Virus record (IMG/VR): IMGVR_UViG_3300037755_000305
Location: 32,001-96,000 of that record
DNA from: a virus
DNA length: 64,000 bases
Reading direction: 5' to 3' (one strand)
The first letter of the stretch is position 1, and every line of letters starts with the position of its first letter. The position numbers and the translations under genes were made by a program. Under the pieces are notes generated by a model that did no database searches, was not told the origin of the DNA, and saw only the letters and a program-made list of their open reading frames with translations. Shown here piece after piece: positions 19,213 through 28,956 of the stretch.

Positions 19213-22029
19213 TTGTCACTACGACCTCTTCTACAGTTCCAGAATCCGGATAGCACCCGAGATATCAACGATCGCTCTCTTGTATTCAACAAGGGTGTGT
19301 TCGCTGGTGGTGCGGTAACCGCAGGAACCGTTAGCGATGGCCTTGCAGTGTCTTTGGCCCCTTTCTCCGCTGTGGGCAAAGACGGTATGTTCGTCCAAGA
19401 AGATAGTGTTACTACACTGTCTGTAGTAGACGGAATTCGCAATTTCATTGTCCTTCGCTCAATATACAAAGACAACGCCTCGCCGGTTGTACAGGTCGAA
19501 AGTATTTCCGAAGCAGCCTATCTTGGCGACCCAGATAATGAATTCTTGGTCGTATTTGCGGTCGTTGATCTTCCCCTATTATCCACATTCGTAACGCAGT
19601 CTCAAATCTTTTACCAAGAAGCAGACATCGTGGATACCCTTGGCAGACTGTCGCTTAGGGGCACCTTGACCAACTCAGGAAACTTGCCCTCTGGCTCCGG
19701 TAACCGTAATAGGCCCGGAGATTTCTACATCGTTACTAGCGGCTCTGGCGACACTCCAGAAATGTACGCATGGAATGGCGATGACTGGATAAATATTACT
19801 CAAGCACAGGTTCTTTCCAATCTCCTACAAGAACATATTGACAATCTATCCAACGATTCCAAGCACTTGACTAATACGCAGTTCGAGGCGGTTCTAGGGA
19901 CAACAGGAACACCGAACAGCTCTAACCGATTTGTTACGTCTCTAGATCCCAGAATTCCGGCTCAGAACGAGAACGATGGTCTAACCGGAGATCCTACGAT
20001 TCTATCCGGCAGCAGTGCCCTTGACCAGGGACCGGGATATCGCGGTTCAGAGCCCGGACCAAATAATCAGTTCACGTTGAACAGCAAGGTATTTGCAGTC
20101 CCCGCTGAAAAAGCATTCTCGGGTGGGGCTGTCATAGAAATCTCAGAGGCAGATGGACCTGTTTACGTTGGTAAGGGGATTCTTGGAACCGCACAACAGT
20201 GGTTTAATATTTTCTCATCTGCCACCACCGGAGAAGAGTCTGATAAAGAGCTAATCAACTCCCAAGGGCGGCCTGTTCGGGTTACTGGCGTGTTCACCGA
20301 ACCCAGTCTTACCATAGAGCTTAATCCCGGCAGCGATGCTCAAGTTGACCAACTGGGGTTTTGGCGAGACCTTCCTTTCCAGGGTGGTGTCGGAGGGTCC
20401 TTGTACCTACAGGTTAGTGACGGGGATGTTGATGGGCAGGCAGACGAAGATTTTCGAATTGTGTACGGAAAGCGCACTACGATGGAGGATCTTCTTCCAC
20501 AAGCATTTCTTTCTCGCGGACCGCAGTTCGGTCAGGTAGACACCAGACTGAATCAGGTTTTGGCTACAAACACCACTCCAAATTTCCGAAATTCCGAATG
20601 GGACGTAACAACTTCCCCCGGAGACGTTATTGCTTACAATTCTGGTACCGCCAAATTGGTACTCAGCAACATTCCTCTGAACAGGTTTCCTATTGGTATT
20701 CGCGGTAACTATAACAATCTGATTCAGGATGGAATTTATGAATTTGACGTAGCTCCCGGATTCTCGGCAGGAAATGAGGTTTACGCGGATGACTCTACAC
20801 CAGGAGCCCTGACGGTAACTCCTAACGACAGGTTCGTTGGCACTTTTCTTACAGCTACTAAGCTTCTAGTATCTATGAATTCGGTCGGCATTACAAGTTC
20901 TGTAACGCCTCCCGGAACCGCGTTCCCTGGTGGACTAATCAATGCGGCTCCTGGTCAAGCAGTTGCCTGGAAAGCAAGTTCTTCGATGTGGGAACCTTGG
21001 GAGCAGTCTTTCGCCTTAGCACCTCAGGGTATTCTTGGCAACTCGAACAATATCATCGCCAATGGACAATGGATTCCAGGAGGATCTCCATTCCTTAACG
21101 GTGTTCGTTACTATGCTTGGTATGCAGGCGCTCCGGGCGGGGTTTTGACTCCTGGTGACCTAACCACAACACAGAACGATTTCTTTGTGGGGCGAGCCAC
21201 CACGACAGACAATTTGATGGTTGAATGTGTAAATGCGCCTCTTTGGGAGACGGCACGAACAATCGTAGCGGCTGAACACGACGACGAAACTGGTACCCAC
21301 GACCTTGGGTCCGCTAGAGTTTGGTCGGGCGCGGCAGCAGGTCGCTTTGCAGCTTCCAACTCCCAGGCATCTTCCACAGGTATGGTATACCACGCTACAG
21401 ATACAGGGCGCGTGTATTTTTGCACCGATGGGGCAACCAATACTTGGGTTGAACAGTCACGATTTACTGGCCCGCTAACTGTTGATCAGAACCTAACGGT
21501 TAGCCAACAGATACGCATGCCATTGAAGGTCTTGCATGATAATGTCTCGGATTCAATGAACCCGTTTCTGCACAACGCCAGACATTTGCTTGGAGGAGCG
21601 GACTATCTGCGAGGGACCGTTGTTCAGGTGCTAACAGCAGGCGATAACGTAGCGCAGGTCCTTTCACAAACAGCCTCTTTTCCAACGCCTATAACCACTG
21701 TTCTTTCCTTGCCTTTTGACTTCACAGGTAGAACAGGAAACTCCAAGATCGTGATTTTCTCTCCGTGTTTCTTCGATCAGGACGAGGGAACACAATGTGA
21801 CATGTCTGTTGGATTGTTCTTGGATGGTGTTCAGATTACCAGCCCAAATAGTTTGAATGCCGAGTTCGATCTCACAGAATTCGGAGAAGCCACAGTTACA
21901 CTAGTAGGGTACTTGAGCAACGTATCAGCGGGCGCGCATACTCTTGAGGTTAGAGCGGGTGTAGAGCACGCAACTACGCCGCGAGCCAGAGATCGAATGC
22001 TTCTGGTATTGGATTTGGGACTTACGTAA
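19213..22029 (+). CDS. tail fibre / receptor-binding protein 1
   Basis: Paralog of the next ORF (NPDSTRDINDR); has the HNARHLLGGAD fibre motif and a C-terminal beta domain. Confidence 0.7.
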   Translation: MSLRPLLQFQNPDSTRDINDRSLVFNKGVFAGGAVTAGTVSDGLAVSLAPFSAVGKDGMFVQEDSVTTLSVVDGIRNFIVLRSIYKDNASPVVQVESISEAAYLGDPDNEFLVVFAVVDLPLLSTFVTQSQIFYQEADIVDTLGRLSLRGTLTNSGNLPSGSGNRNRPGDFYIVTSGSGDTPEMYAWNGDDWINITQAQVLSNLLQEHIDNLSNDSKHLTNTQFEAVLGTTGTPNSSNRFVTSLDPRIPAQNENDGLTGDPTILSGSSALDQGPGYRGSEPGPNNQFTLNSKVFAVPAEKAFSGGAVIEISEADGPVYVGKGILGTAQQWFNIFSSATTGEESDKELINSQGRPVRVTGVFTEPSLTIELNPGSDAQVDQLGFWRDLPFQGGVGGSLYLQVSDGDVDGQADEDFRIVYGKRTTMEDLLPQAFLSRGPQFGQVDTRLNQVLATNTTPNFRNSEWDVTTSPGDVIAYNSGTAKLVLSNIPLNRFPIGIRGNYNNLIQDGIYEFDVAPGFSAGNEVYADDSTPGALTVTPNDRFVGTFLTATKLLVSMNSVGITSSVTPPGTAFPGGLINAAPGQAVAWKASSSMWEPWEQSFALAPQGILGNSNNIIANGQWIPGGSPFLNGVRYYAWYAGAPGGVLTPGDLTTTQNDFFVGRATTTDNLMVECVNAPLWETARTIVAAEHDDETGTHDLGSARVWSGAAAGRFAASNSQASSTGMVYHATDTGRVYFCTDGATNTWVEQSRFTGPLTVDQNLTVSQQIRMPLKVLHDNVSDSMNPFLHNARHLLGGADYLRGTVVQVLTAGDNVAQVLSQTASFPTPITTVLSLPFDFTGRTGNSKIVIFSPCFFDQDEGTQCDMSVGLFLDGVQITSPNSLNAEFDLTEFGEATVTLVGYLSNVSAGAHTLEVRAGVEHATTPRARDRMLLVLDLGLT

Positions 22030-22030
22030 T

Positions 22031-24652
22031 ATGGCAAACGAACGAGCACTACTAAAGTACCGAAACCCGGACTCTACCCAGGATATCAATGATCGGCTTG
22101 CCGGTCTTCTGTCCAAGGGTGTTTTCGAAGGTGGTCTCGTTACGCCTGTTTCTGGTGTTCTGAAGGTTACACTGGGAGCATTTTCCACAGTTGGTTCTGA
22201 CGGAATGTTCGTCAAACAGAGTAATGCTCAGACTTTTGACGTTGTGTCTGATCCTTTGATCTCTGTAAAGAGCTATGTTGTTATCCAACAGCAGTACCAA
22301 GTAAACGCAGAGCCTACAATTATCGTAGAGTTACTTACATCCGATGTATTTGCCGTTACTGGTTCTCCGGGTGAACAGGGTGCCAATAACCCCAACATGA
22401 TCGTTTTTGGGACGGTTACTGTTCCAGCAGGGGCCACATCTGTAAGTTCAGCAAATGTATCATATACCGAAAGAAACGCAATCGACGTTCTGGGACGGTC
22501 TCACTTTCGTGGACTAGTAAACTCTGAATCCTCTTTGCCGGTTTCCGGATTGAACACTAATCGTACGGGGGACTATTTCATTGTGTCCGACGGGTCCGGC
22601 GGCAGTAGTGTTCCAGCATTCTTCAGTTGGAACGGTAGTGACTGGGTTAATAGCACAGATACGTCCGACATCCAGGATCAGCTTGATTCACACAGGGGAA
22701 ATACCAATGACTCGGGAACCGAGCTACACGTTAGCACGGCCCAAGCGGCAGCTTTGTCAGGTGCCGGTATTTTGGACCCAAGTGTTACGAACAAGTATGT
22801 TCTAGAAGACTCCCTTATTCTGCCAACCTCAGATCAGAGAGCAGCGCTAGATGGAAACGGAACACCTTTGGAAGACGAACTTCCTAATGCTACAAATCCC
22901 TATGTTACGTCCACCAAAGTTCTTGCTACGCCTTCCGAAGTTGTTGTCAATTCCTTTACCAGCGTTTCTCCGGGAATTGAAGGGAACTGGGTAGAACTGG
23001 GAGCAGCACAAAACAGTGCAGGCTACTACGTAGGTAAGGAAGCCGTAGGTACAGCTAAACAATGGTTCGCTTTGTATTCTTTTACGCAACCAAGCCCGAG
23101 CCAATATATCAACGATGCGTTTGAATCTGTAGAAATCACGGAAGTACGTGTTGGGGATGTTGGACAATCTCCCACTACTCAGATCAACACCGCAGGCGAT
23201 ACGCATATTGATGATTTGGGCTTCTTCATTCCAGATCTGAATCCTGGCGGTACTTTGTACCTGAAAATCACTAATACGATTAGTGCCGGAGGGGCAAGAG
23301 CGTCGTTTGGTAAAAGAACCCACTGGGGAGATTTTCCGCCCCAGTTCATGATCCAGAGAGGACCACAGGATGCACAAATCAATACTGTGCTATCTAGACT
23401 TATAAGCGGTACAGCAAATGCCCAGTTCAGCAGCGATATATGGGATTTCGTTAACCCTGGACAAGTGGCTGCATGGGACACTGTTACCTCGAAATTCATT
23501 AAAGCAGATCCCCTTAATACGAAAAACCCTGTCGGTGTTAGGGGTACAGCAAACAATCTAATCCAAGAAGGAATGCTTGTTCTATCTGGCGGAGCATTCC
23601 CAATTGGTTCTCAAGTGTATGCCGACAAAGCCAACCCCGGTAGCCTGACCACTACACCAAACGAATGGTTTATTGGAACGGCCATTAGTGCCACCATCCT
23701 TTTGGTGAACATGAATGGAATACCACTACAAGCGAGTGGGGAGGTGACTCCTGGGGTCACCTTCCCTTCCTCGCTATTCCTGAGTGTTCAGGAAGGACAA
23801 ACAGTTGCTTTTGAGCAGGCCACAGGGAAATTTATTCGTGCAGAGACACAGAACGCGCTAAAACTTCCAACAGGTCTTCGAGGCAGAGGAAACAATGTAA
23901 TCATTTCTGGATTGTATTCACCTTCCTCAGGAAGCCCATTTACGACTGGAACCAAATACTTTGCTGACCCCAACACTCCGGGATTTCTAACTACTACGGC
24001 CAATGATTGGTACGTAGGTGTGGCAACGGCTAGTAATCAACTTCTGGTCAATATAACGTCCGTTCCTATTCCAAATAAATGGGCACAGCAACATGACTCT
24101 AATACAGGTCTGCATACGTTCACGTTTGGGTCCGATGCTAGCCGTCCGGCAAACCCCGTATCCGGTACTATACACATTCGGACGGATATTGACCCGCCAA
24201 GAATTGAATACTACACAGGAGTTGCTTGGGCTGATGCTACGGCAGGTGGAGATATTCCAGCAGGTACCAGAATGATGTTTGTACAAAATACAGTTCCTAC
24301 GGGATGGACTTTTGACTCTTCTCTGAACGATCGAGTAGTTTTGGTTACCAACATTTTGGGTAGCGGGGGAACAAGTGGCGGAGACTGGGACATCACTGGA
24401 TTGTCTGCTGATCCTCACGCTTTGGATATTTCGGAAATCCCGTCCCACCAACACGATATTTTTGGTGGTGGCGGAGGAGATGAAAACGTCACGTACAACT
24501 TCAATGGACCGGACGGAAGTGCTAGCCATTCTGGTGTAGGAGGAAGACCAACGGAACTAGCAGGTGGGGGCGTTTCTCACTCTCACGCAGTTTCTAGTGA
24601 TGGAACATGGAGACCAAATTACGTCAACGTAATTATCTGTACCAAAAATTAG
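22031..24652 (+). CDS. tail fibre protein 2 with tail-collar-type C-terminus
   Basis: NPDSTQDINDR; C-terminal IPAGTRMMFVQNTVPTGW...EIPSHQH...HSH...YVNVIICTKN. Confidence 0.8.
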   Translation: MANERALLKYRNPDSTQDINDRLAGLLSKGVFEGGLVTPVSGVLKVTLGAFSTVGSDGMFVKQSNAQTFDVVSDPLISVKSYVVIQQQYQVNAEPTIIVELLTSDVFAVTGSPGEQGANNPNMIVFGTVTVPAGATSVSSANVSYTERNAIDVLGRSHFRGLVNSESSLPVSGLNTNRTGDYFIVSDGSGGSSVPAFFSWNGSDWVNSTDTSDIQDQLDSHRGNTNDSGTELHVSTAQAAALSGAGILDPSVTNKYVLEDSLILPTSDQRAALDGNGTPLEDELPNATNPYVTSTKVLATPSEVVVNSFTSVSPGIEGNWVELGAAQNSAGYYVGKEAVGTAKQWFALYSFTQPSPSQYINDAFESVEITEVRVGDVGQSPTTQINTAGDTHIDDLGFFIPDLNPGGTLYLKITNTISAGGARASFGKRTHWGDFPPQFMIQRGPQDAQINTVLSRLISGTANAQFSSDIWDFVNPGQVAAWDTVTSKFIKADPLNTKNPVGVRGTANNLIQEGMLVLSGGAFPIGSQVYADKANPGSLTTTPNEWFIGTAISATILLVNMNGIPLQASGEVTPGVTFPSSLFLSVQEGQTVAFEQATGKFIRAETQNALKLPTGLRGRGNNVIISGLYSPSSGSPFTTGTKYFADPNTPGFLTTTANDWYVGVATASNQLLVNITSVPIPNKWAQQHDSNTGLHTFTFGSDASRPANPVSGTIHIRTDIDPPRIEYYTGVAWADATAGGDIPAGTRMMFVQNTVPTGWTFDSSLNDRVVLVTNILGSGGTSGGDWDITGLSADPHALDISEIPSHQHDIFGGGGGDENVTYNFNGPDGSASHSGVGGRPTELAGGGVSHSHAVSSDGTWRPNYVNVIICTKN

Positions 24653-24660
24653 GCTTACAC

Positions 24661-25236
24661 ATGGATTACAGCAAACACTGCATCGAAATATTCGAAAATT
24701 CATTGTCTCCCGACTTGTGTGGAGAAATCATCAGACGCTTCGAGGAAGATGGCAGAAAAATAGATGGAGGTGTTGGTTACGGAGACGGAACAATCGCCGC
24801 AGACCATACACTAAAGAAATGTACAGAGCTGTACCTTAGTAGCTTCCCAGAATGGAAAGATATAGACGAAATTCTCTACAAAGAAGTTACATCTAAGATG
24901 CTACAACTTAGAGAAAAAGTTCCCGGTCTGGCCAGGGTTAATACCGTAAATGACGAAGGGTACAGGATCAAGAAATACAATAACGACGGAACCGAATTTT
25001 TCAATTGGCACATTGACCAGAACGGTCGAGCACAAGGACATAGATACCTGATTTTCCAGTGGTATCTAAACGATGTAAAAAAAGGCGGAGAAACGGAATT
25101 CAGGCTACAGAAAATCAAGGTAAATCCCGTGGCAGGCCGCCTAATTTGCTTCCCTCCTTACTGGACACACGAACACAGAGGATTGGCTCCGGTCAGCGGA
25201 CCTAAGTACATTCTCTGCTCTTGGATTACTTTCTGA
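24661..25236 (+). CDS. 2OG-Fe(II) oxygenase (prolyl-hydroxylase-like)
   Basis: HxD in FNWHID, distal His in WTHEHRG, and KYILCSW. ATG at 24661 follows the fibre stop. Confidence 0.88.
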   Translation: MDYSKHCIEIFENSLSPDLCGEIIRRFEEDGRKIDGGVGYGDGTIAADHTLKKCTELYLSSFPEWKDIDEILYKEVTSKMLQLREKVPGLARVNTVNDEGYRIKKYNNDGTEFFNWHIDQNGRAQGHRYLIFQWYLNDVKKGGETEFRLQKIKVNPVAGRLICFPPYWTHEHRGLAPVSGPKYILCSWITF

Positions 25237-25580
25237 TGGCTGAGAACTACAAGAACGCATTCAAATGTTCAGAATGCCCGAAATCTAACGGCGAGAACGG
25301 GTGCCCTGCCTGGAACGAACTAATTATGACTGAATCCAATACTGGAGAACAGAAGATTGTAAGAGGGTGCAATTTCCAGCTATTACCGTGGATCATGACT
25401 GAAGCCATCAAGGCGTCCAACGTGGCCACAGGAACCGCTGCCGACATGAAGAATGAAGTAGCTAAAGGTTTCGCCGTTATGGCATCAGCACTTCCTGGGT
25501 TATTATCGTCCGTAGCCAGCTCCGTAGAAGAAAAAGAAGAAGATAGCGTACAGGTTCTACTGCCTGAGGATAAATCGTAA
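25236..25580 (+). CDS. Cys-rich fibre-associated protein (possible fibre chaperone)
   Basis: CxxC..CPAW..GC..LP.....NEV pattern; TGATG coupling at 25236. Confidence 0.6.
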   Translation: MAENYKNAFKCSECPKSNGENGCPAWNELIMTESNTGEQKIVRGCNFQLLPWIMTEAIKASNVATGTAADMKNEVAKGFAVMASALPGLLSSVASSVEEKEEDSVQVLLPEDKS

Positions 25581-26812
25581 TGCCTTATTTCCCGTCACAA
25601 ACAGACGATCCCGTTGCTGTTCTGACTCTAGAGGGTCGGAACCTTCTGGCAAGATCTATCATAGCGCGATCTCAGCTAACTGGCAATGAGCCGCTTAAGC
25701 CGCTGGTATCTTTCAAGCTGGCTGGTTTCGCTATGGGCGACGGCGGGTATCCACTGGACAACCCCCTTCTGGTGACTCCTATTCAAGACGACACAACCCA
25801 AGCTGTTGCTACGATTTCCGTTACAGACAACCGATTCGATTCTACCGACAACATCAGGATCAACGGCGTCAATTTTCCGGCAGGTGTCAGCGTCGTGGCC
25901 ACGGGAACGGCGTCCGGCGGAAGCTCAGAAAATGGCGGACCGACATCGGGATACAACGACGGTACAGTGGATAACCTTGCTGGAGGTGGCGGCACTATAA
26001 TCACAAGCGGATTGGAATCTAATGCGCATATAGGAAAGAGACTACGTATTGTATCTGGCACACTGGCAGGGATTGACGAAGAAATAGTTACCAACACACA
26101 AACTACAATCGAGATCGGCTACACGGATTTCCAGGGAACACAATTCCCCATTCCCCAGCCTCCTAACCCAGCAAACGGAACGCCTGTCGGAAAGAGCTGG
26201 AATCAGGCAGGAAGTGATGGTGTAATCATACCAGATATCACATCCGTCTATCAGATTATTACGAACAACCCCGGATCTGGAACATGGGTCCCGGGAGATA
26301 CCGTTGAGGAAACTGCTGTAAACGTCGCGAATTCCATCAACGATTCGTCTAATCCACTTATCCAAAATGTCGTTCGCGCTACAGCAGTGAACGCTGTTGT
26401 GACTGTTGAAGCTCTTTCTGCCGGTACCTCAGGAAACCTGAATACGCTGGTGGAATTCGATGGTGGTGGTTTTGGTATAAACAACTTCGATGTTACTCCT
26501 GGGTCCGGGTTTTTGTCTGGAGGTGTAAGCCCTGCTCTGGAAAGCGCGCAGTTCCCTGCTTCGGCTCCTGTGGATCTGGAAGATTTTCTGGATATAGAGA
26601 GACCTAGCTCAGATGCAGTATCCTTGGTGTGCCGAGTCCCGCAAAACGTCGGTAATGTGGGTTTCGGAGAAATTGGAATATACGCAGACATACTTGATTC
26701 TGTTAACCCTTCGGAAATTGGACAAAGAGTCCTGTACGCGGTCGGGCATTTTCCCATCGTAGCTAAGAATACTAAGAGCATCCTAGTGATGCGAGTGATT
26801 ACACAATACTAA
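25580..26812 (+). CDS. second DUF3751-like tail-collar protein with a large inserted domain
   Basis: N- and C-termini align by eye to 18775-19200 (LTLEGRNLLA..GFAMGDGG; GEIGIYA; YAVGHFP). Confidence 0.65.
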   Translation: MPYFPSQTDDPVAVLTLEGRNLLARSIIARSQLTGNEPLKPLVSFKLAGFAMGDGGYPLDNPLLVTPIQDDTTQAVATISVTDNRFDSTDNIRINGVNFPAGVSVVATGTASGGSSENGGPTSGYNDGTVDNLAGGGGTIITSGLESNAHIGKRLRIVSGTLAGIDEEIVTNTQTTIEIGYTDFQGTQFPIPQPPNPANGTPVGKSWNQAGSDGVIIPDITSVYQIITNNPGSGTWVPGDTVEETAVNVANSINDSSNPLIQNVVRATAVNAVVTVEALSAGTSGNLNTLVEFDGGGFGINNFDVTPGSGFLSGGVSPALESAQFPASAPVDLEDFLDIERPSSDAVSLVCRVPQNVGNVGFGEIGIYADILDSVNPSEIGQRVLYAVGHFPIVAKNTKSILVMRVITQY

Positions 26813-27282
26813 TGGATATCAACACACTACTATCAGAGCTAGTATTGATCGCTAATGATCTTGACGGTAAGAATCAAGACATAAGTGCTGATGTGGATGC
26901 TGCTATTTTCATCATGTCTTCGGACAGTGCCCTTCCACGAAACAAAAGTCTTGCAACCGTTGTTAGAGAAAATTACGCCGCTGTTGAGGACATGGATGAT
27001 CGTACTGTTGAAGAATTGGCGGTATCTGCCGCTGAAGATATTGCGTCCCTTACGGAAGATGTACTGGAGCAGGCAGACTCAAAGGCTATCGTTGCGGTAT
27101 TGACGAGCATGGCGCAAAGTTTGCGATCGGTATTGTACCCTAATGGAACCATGTCTCGGGACGTAGCCGAAGCCGGAGCCAATTTCTTGGCAGCAGCGGA
27201 AGAGAAATTGTCCCAAAACAAAGAACTCTACAATCTTGGACACCGAGTAGGAATGGTTCGGTCGAAAATTGAGAAAAACTAA
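26812..27282 (+). CDS. acidic helical protein with N-terminal LxxIAxxLD motif
   Basis: LSELVLIANDLDGKNQDISADVD; coupled on both sides. Confidence 0.65.
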   Translation: MDINTLLSELVLIANDLDGKNQDISADVDAAIFIMSSDSALPRNKSLATVVRENYAAVEDMDDRTVEELAVSAAEDIASLTEDVLEQADSKAIVAVLTSMAQSLRSVLYPNGTMSRDVAEAGANFLAAAEEKLSQNKELYNLGHRVGMVRSKIEKN

Positions 27283-28709
27283 TGGCTAGAGGTCGTCTAA
27301 CACGCTACAACCAACTTGTCAGTGGAATCTCCCCCCACTATAGCAATGTGGTTGTACAGCCACGAGGCTTTCCTATTTTTTCAGATCCTCTTCTGAAGGG
27401 GCAGGTTAGGTTTGCTCGTAAAACAGGAGCCGACTTCTCTCTCCTTAACCCTGACAACGAGATTCGATTGTCAGCGGTAGCTCCCAGAAACACCAGAACG
27501 TTGCTTCTTAAGAGACCCAGTCGATGGTTGGAGGTTGGGGCCGTGTTGTCTTTGGGTCCTGACGAAGAGTTTGCCTTGGTTCGAGATTTCGGGGACGACT
27601 ACATCACGCTTGTCAATCCGCTTCTGGGAGACTTCACAGAGGATAATTCGGTCAATCTGTACGCTACTCCTATGCAGCCTGCACAGGTTGCTCTGACAGG
27701 GTCTACGACGATTATAGTTAGAAGCCGGTACCACCTCCTAGCAGGAGACAGGATCTCCATACAGACCACTTCCGGGCTCTTAACGAGCCTTTTAGACGAT
27801 AAGATTGTACGAGCCCGGTTCCTAGATTCTGTTTCTGACGGAGTAAATCCTTTTACCCTGTTTTACGAGCTGGAGCTGGAAGACCCTTTGCCTATAAATC
27901 TACCTTTGGACAGCACAGACCTGTTTCTGAAGGCGCAGCCTAGCTATCTAAGCAATCAGGTGTTCATACCCCAAGTACCAGGAAATCCCGATGATATCGG
28001 TCCCTTTTTACTGGATTACGTCTCTGGGGTGCTTTTCGATCGAGATAACGTAGATGAACAGTTATCGGTTACCGTCTTTGACAAATTGGGGGCTTCCGTT
28101 ATACACGACAACCTTGCTCCTCTGTCGATCAAAAAGCAGTTTCAGATCACCGAAATGCCAATTATGGCTGACGTTATTTGTTTGTGGCAAGTGGCGGATG
28201 GCTCGACCACGTTCACCAAGCGAGGAAACACACAAGAAATCTATGCAGTATCTCTATGTAACGAGCGTGGGCAGTTTCAGGTTACGCAGGAGACGATTCC
28301 GGCAATGCCCCCGGGGACAGAATGGAGAATTCCTGTAACAGCCAACCTACCTTGTACCCTGAAGGTAAGATTCTATCCTAACGAGTGGAGAGAGTTCAAC
28401 TTGTTGCCTGCTACTCCAATGAACGTTCTGGTGGGCACAACTCTTGAAAATCAACCTACGGAAAGAATTGAAATCGTAGTTATTGGAACAGAGGATACGA
28501 CTGTGGAGTTCGGGAACTGGATTCCTACTAAAAATCAGGCGTTCTCTCTGATCTACGGTATAACAGCGGATGTTTTTGGGGACGCTCAGTGGCAGGCGAC
28601 CAACATGTTCCAAAAGCCTATGTTTTTGAACTTTGCTTCTGGTCTAAAAGGGAGATTCGACTCCAACCGAACACCGAACCGTTTCGACGGCGGTATGATC
28701 TTCCTTTAA
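27282..28709 (+). CDS. hypothetical virion structural protein
   Basis: 475-aa beta-rich ORF in the fibre operon. Confidence 0.6.
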   Translation: MARGRLTRYNQLVSGISPHYSNVVVQPRGFPIFSDPLLKGQVRFARKTGADFSLLNPDNEIRLSAVAPRNTRTLLLKRPSRWLEVGAVLSLGPDEEFALVRDFGDDYITLVNPLLGDFTEDNSVNLYATPMQPAQVALTGSTTIIVRSRYHLLAGDRISIQTTSGLLTSLLDDKIVRARFLDSVSDGVNPFTLFYELELEDPLPINLPLDSTDLFLKAQPSYLSNQVFIPQVPGNPDDIGPFLLDYVSGVLFDRDNVDEQLSVTVFDKLGASVIHDNLAPLSIKKQFQITEMPIMADVICLWQVADGSTTFTKRGNTQEIYAVSLCNERGQFQVTQETIPAMPPGTEWRIPVTANLPCTLKVRFYPNEWREFNLLPATPMNVLVGTTLENQPTERIEIVVIGTEDTTVEFGNWIPTKNQAFSLIYGITADVFGDAQWQATNMFQKPMFLNFASGLKGRFDSNRTPNRFDGGMIFL

Positions 28710-28713
28710 TATC

Positions 28714-28956
28714 ATGAAGACTTGCATAAATTGGCACCCCAGGACATCGGAAAACACTTATCTCTCTAAGAGTAAGCACAATATGTGCAGAATTTGCCGC
28801 AGGAACAGGGAAAAAGACGTTACGACAGGGAACACAGGAAGTTTCTTAGAGTGTAACACAGGACTGGGATCATTATTCAAAGACATCCCAGAACTTTTGA
28901 AAGAGGCGGTATCCTATTTGGAAAACAGTATTAAGGGGAAGACACATGGCGAATAA
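28714..28956 (+). pseudogene. internally deleted endonuclease VII-like homing endonuclease remnant
   Basis: C..H..T.ENTY...CRICR at the N-terminus and CNTGLGSLFKDIPELLKEAVSYLE at the C-terminus; the catalytic VDH..RGLLC core is absent. Confidence 0.6.
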
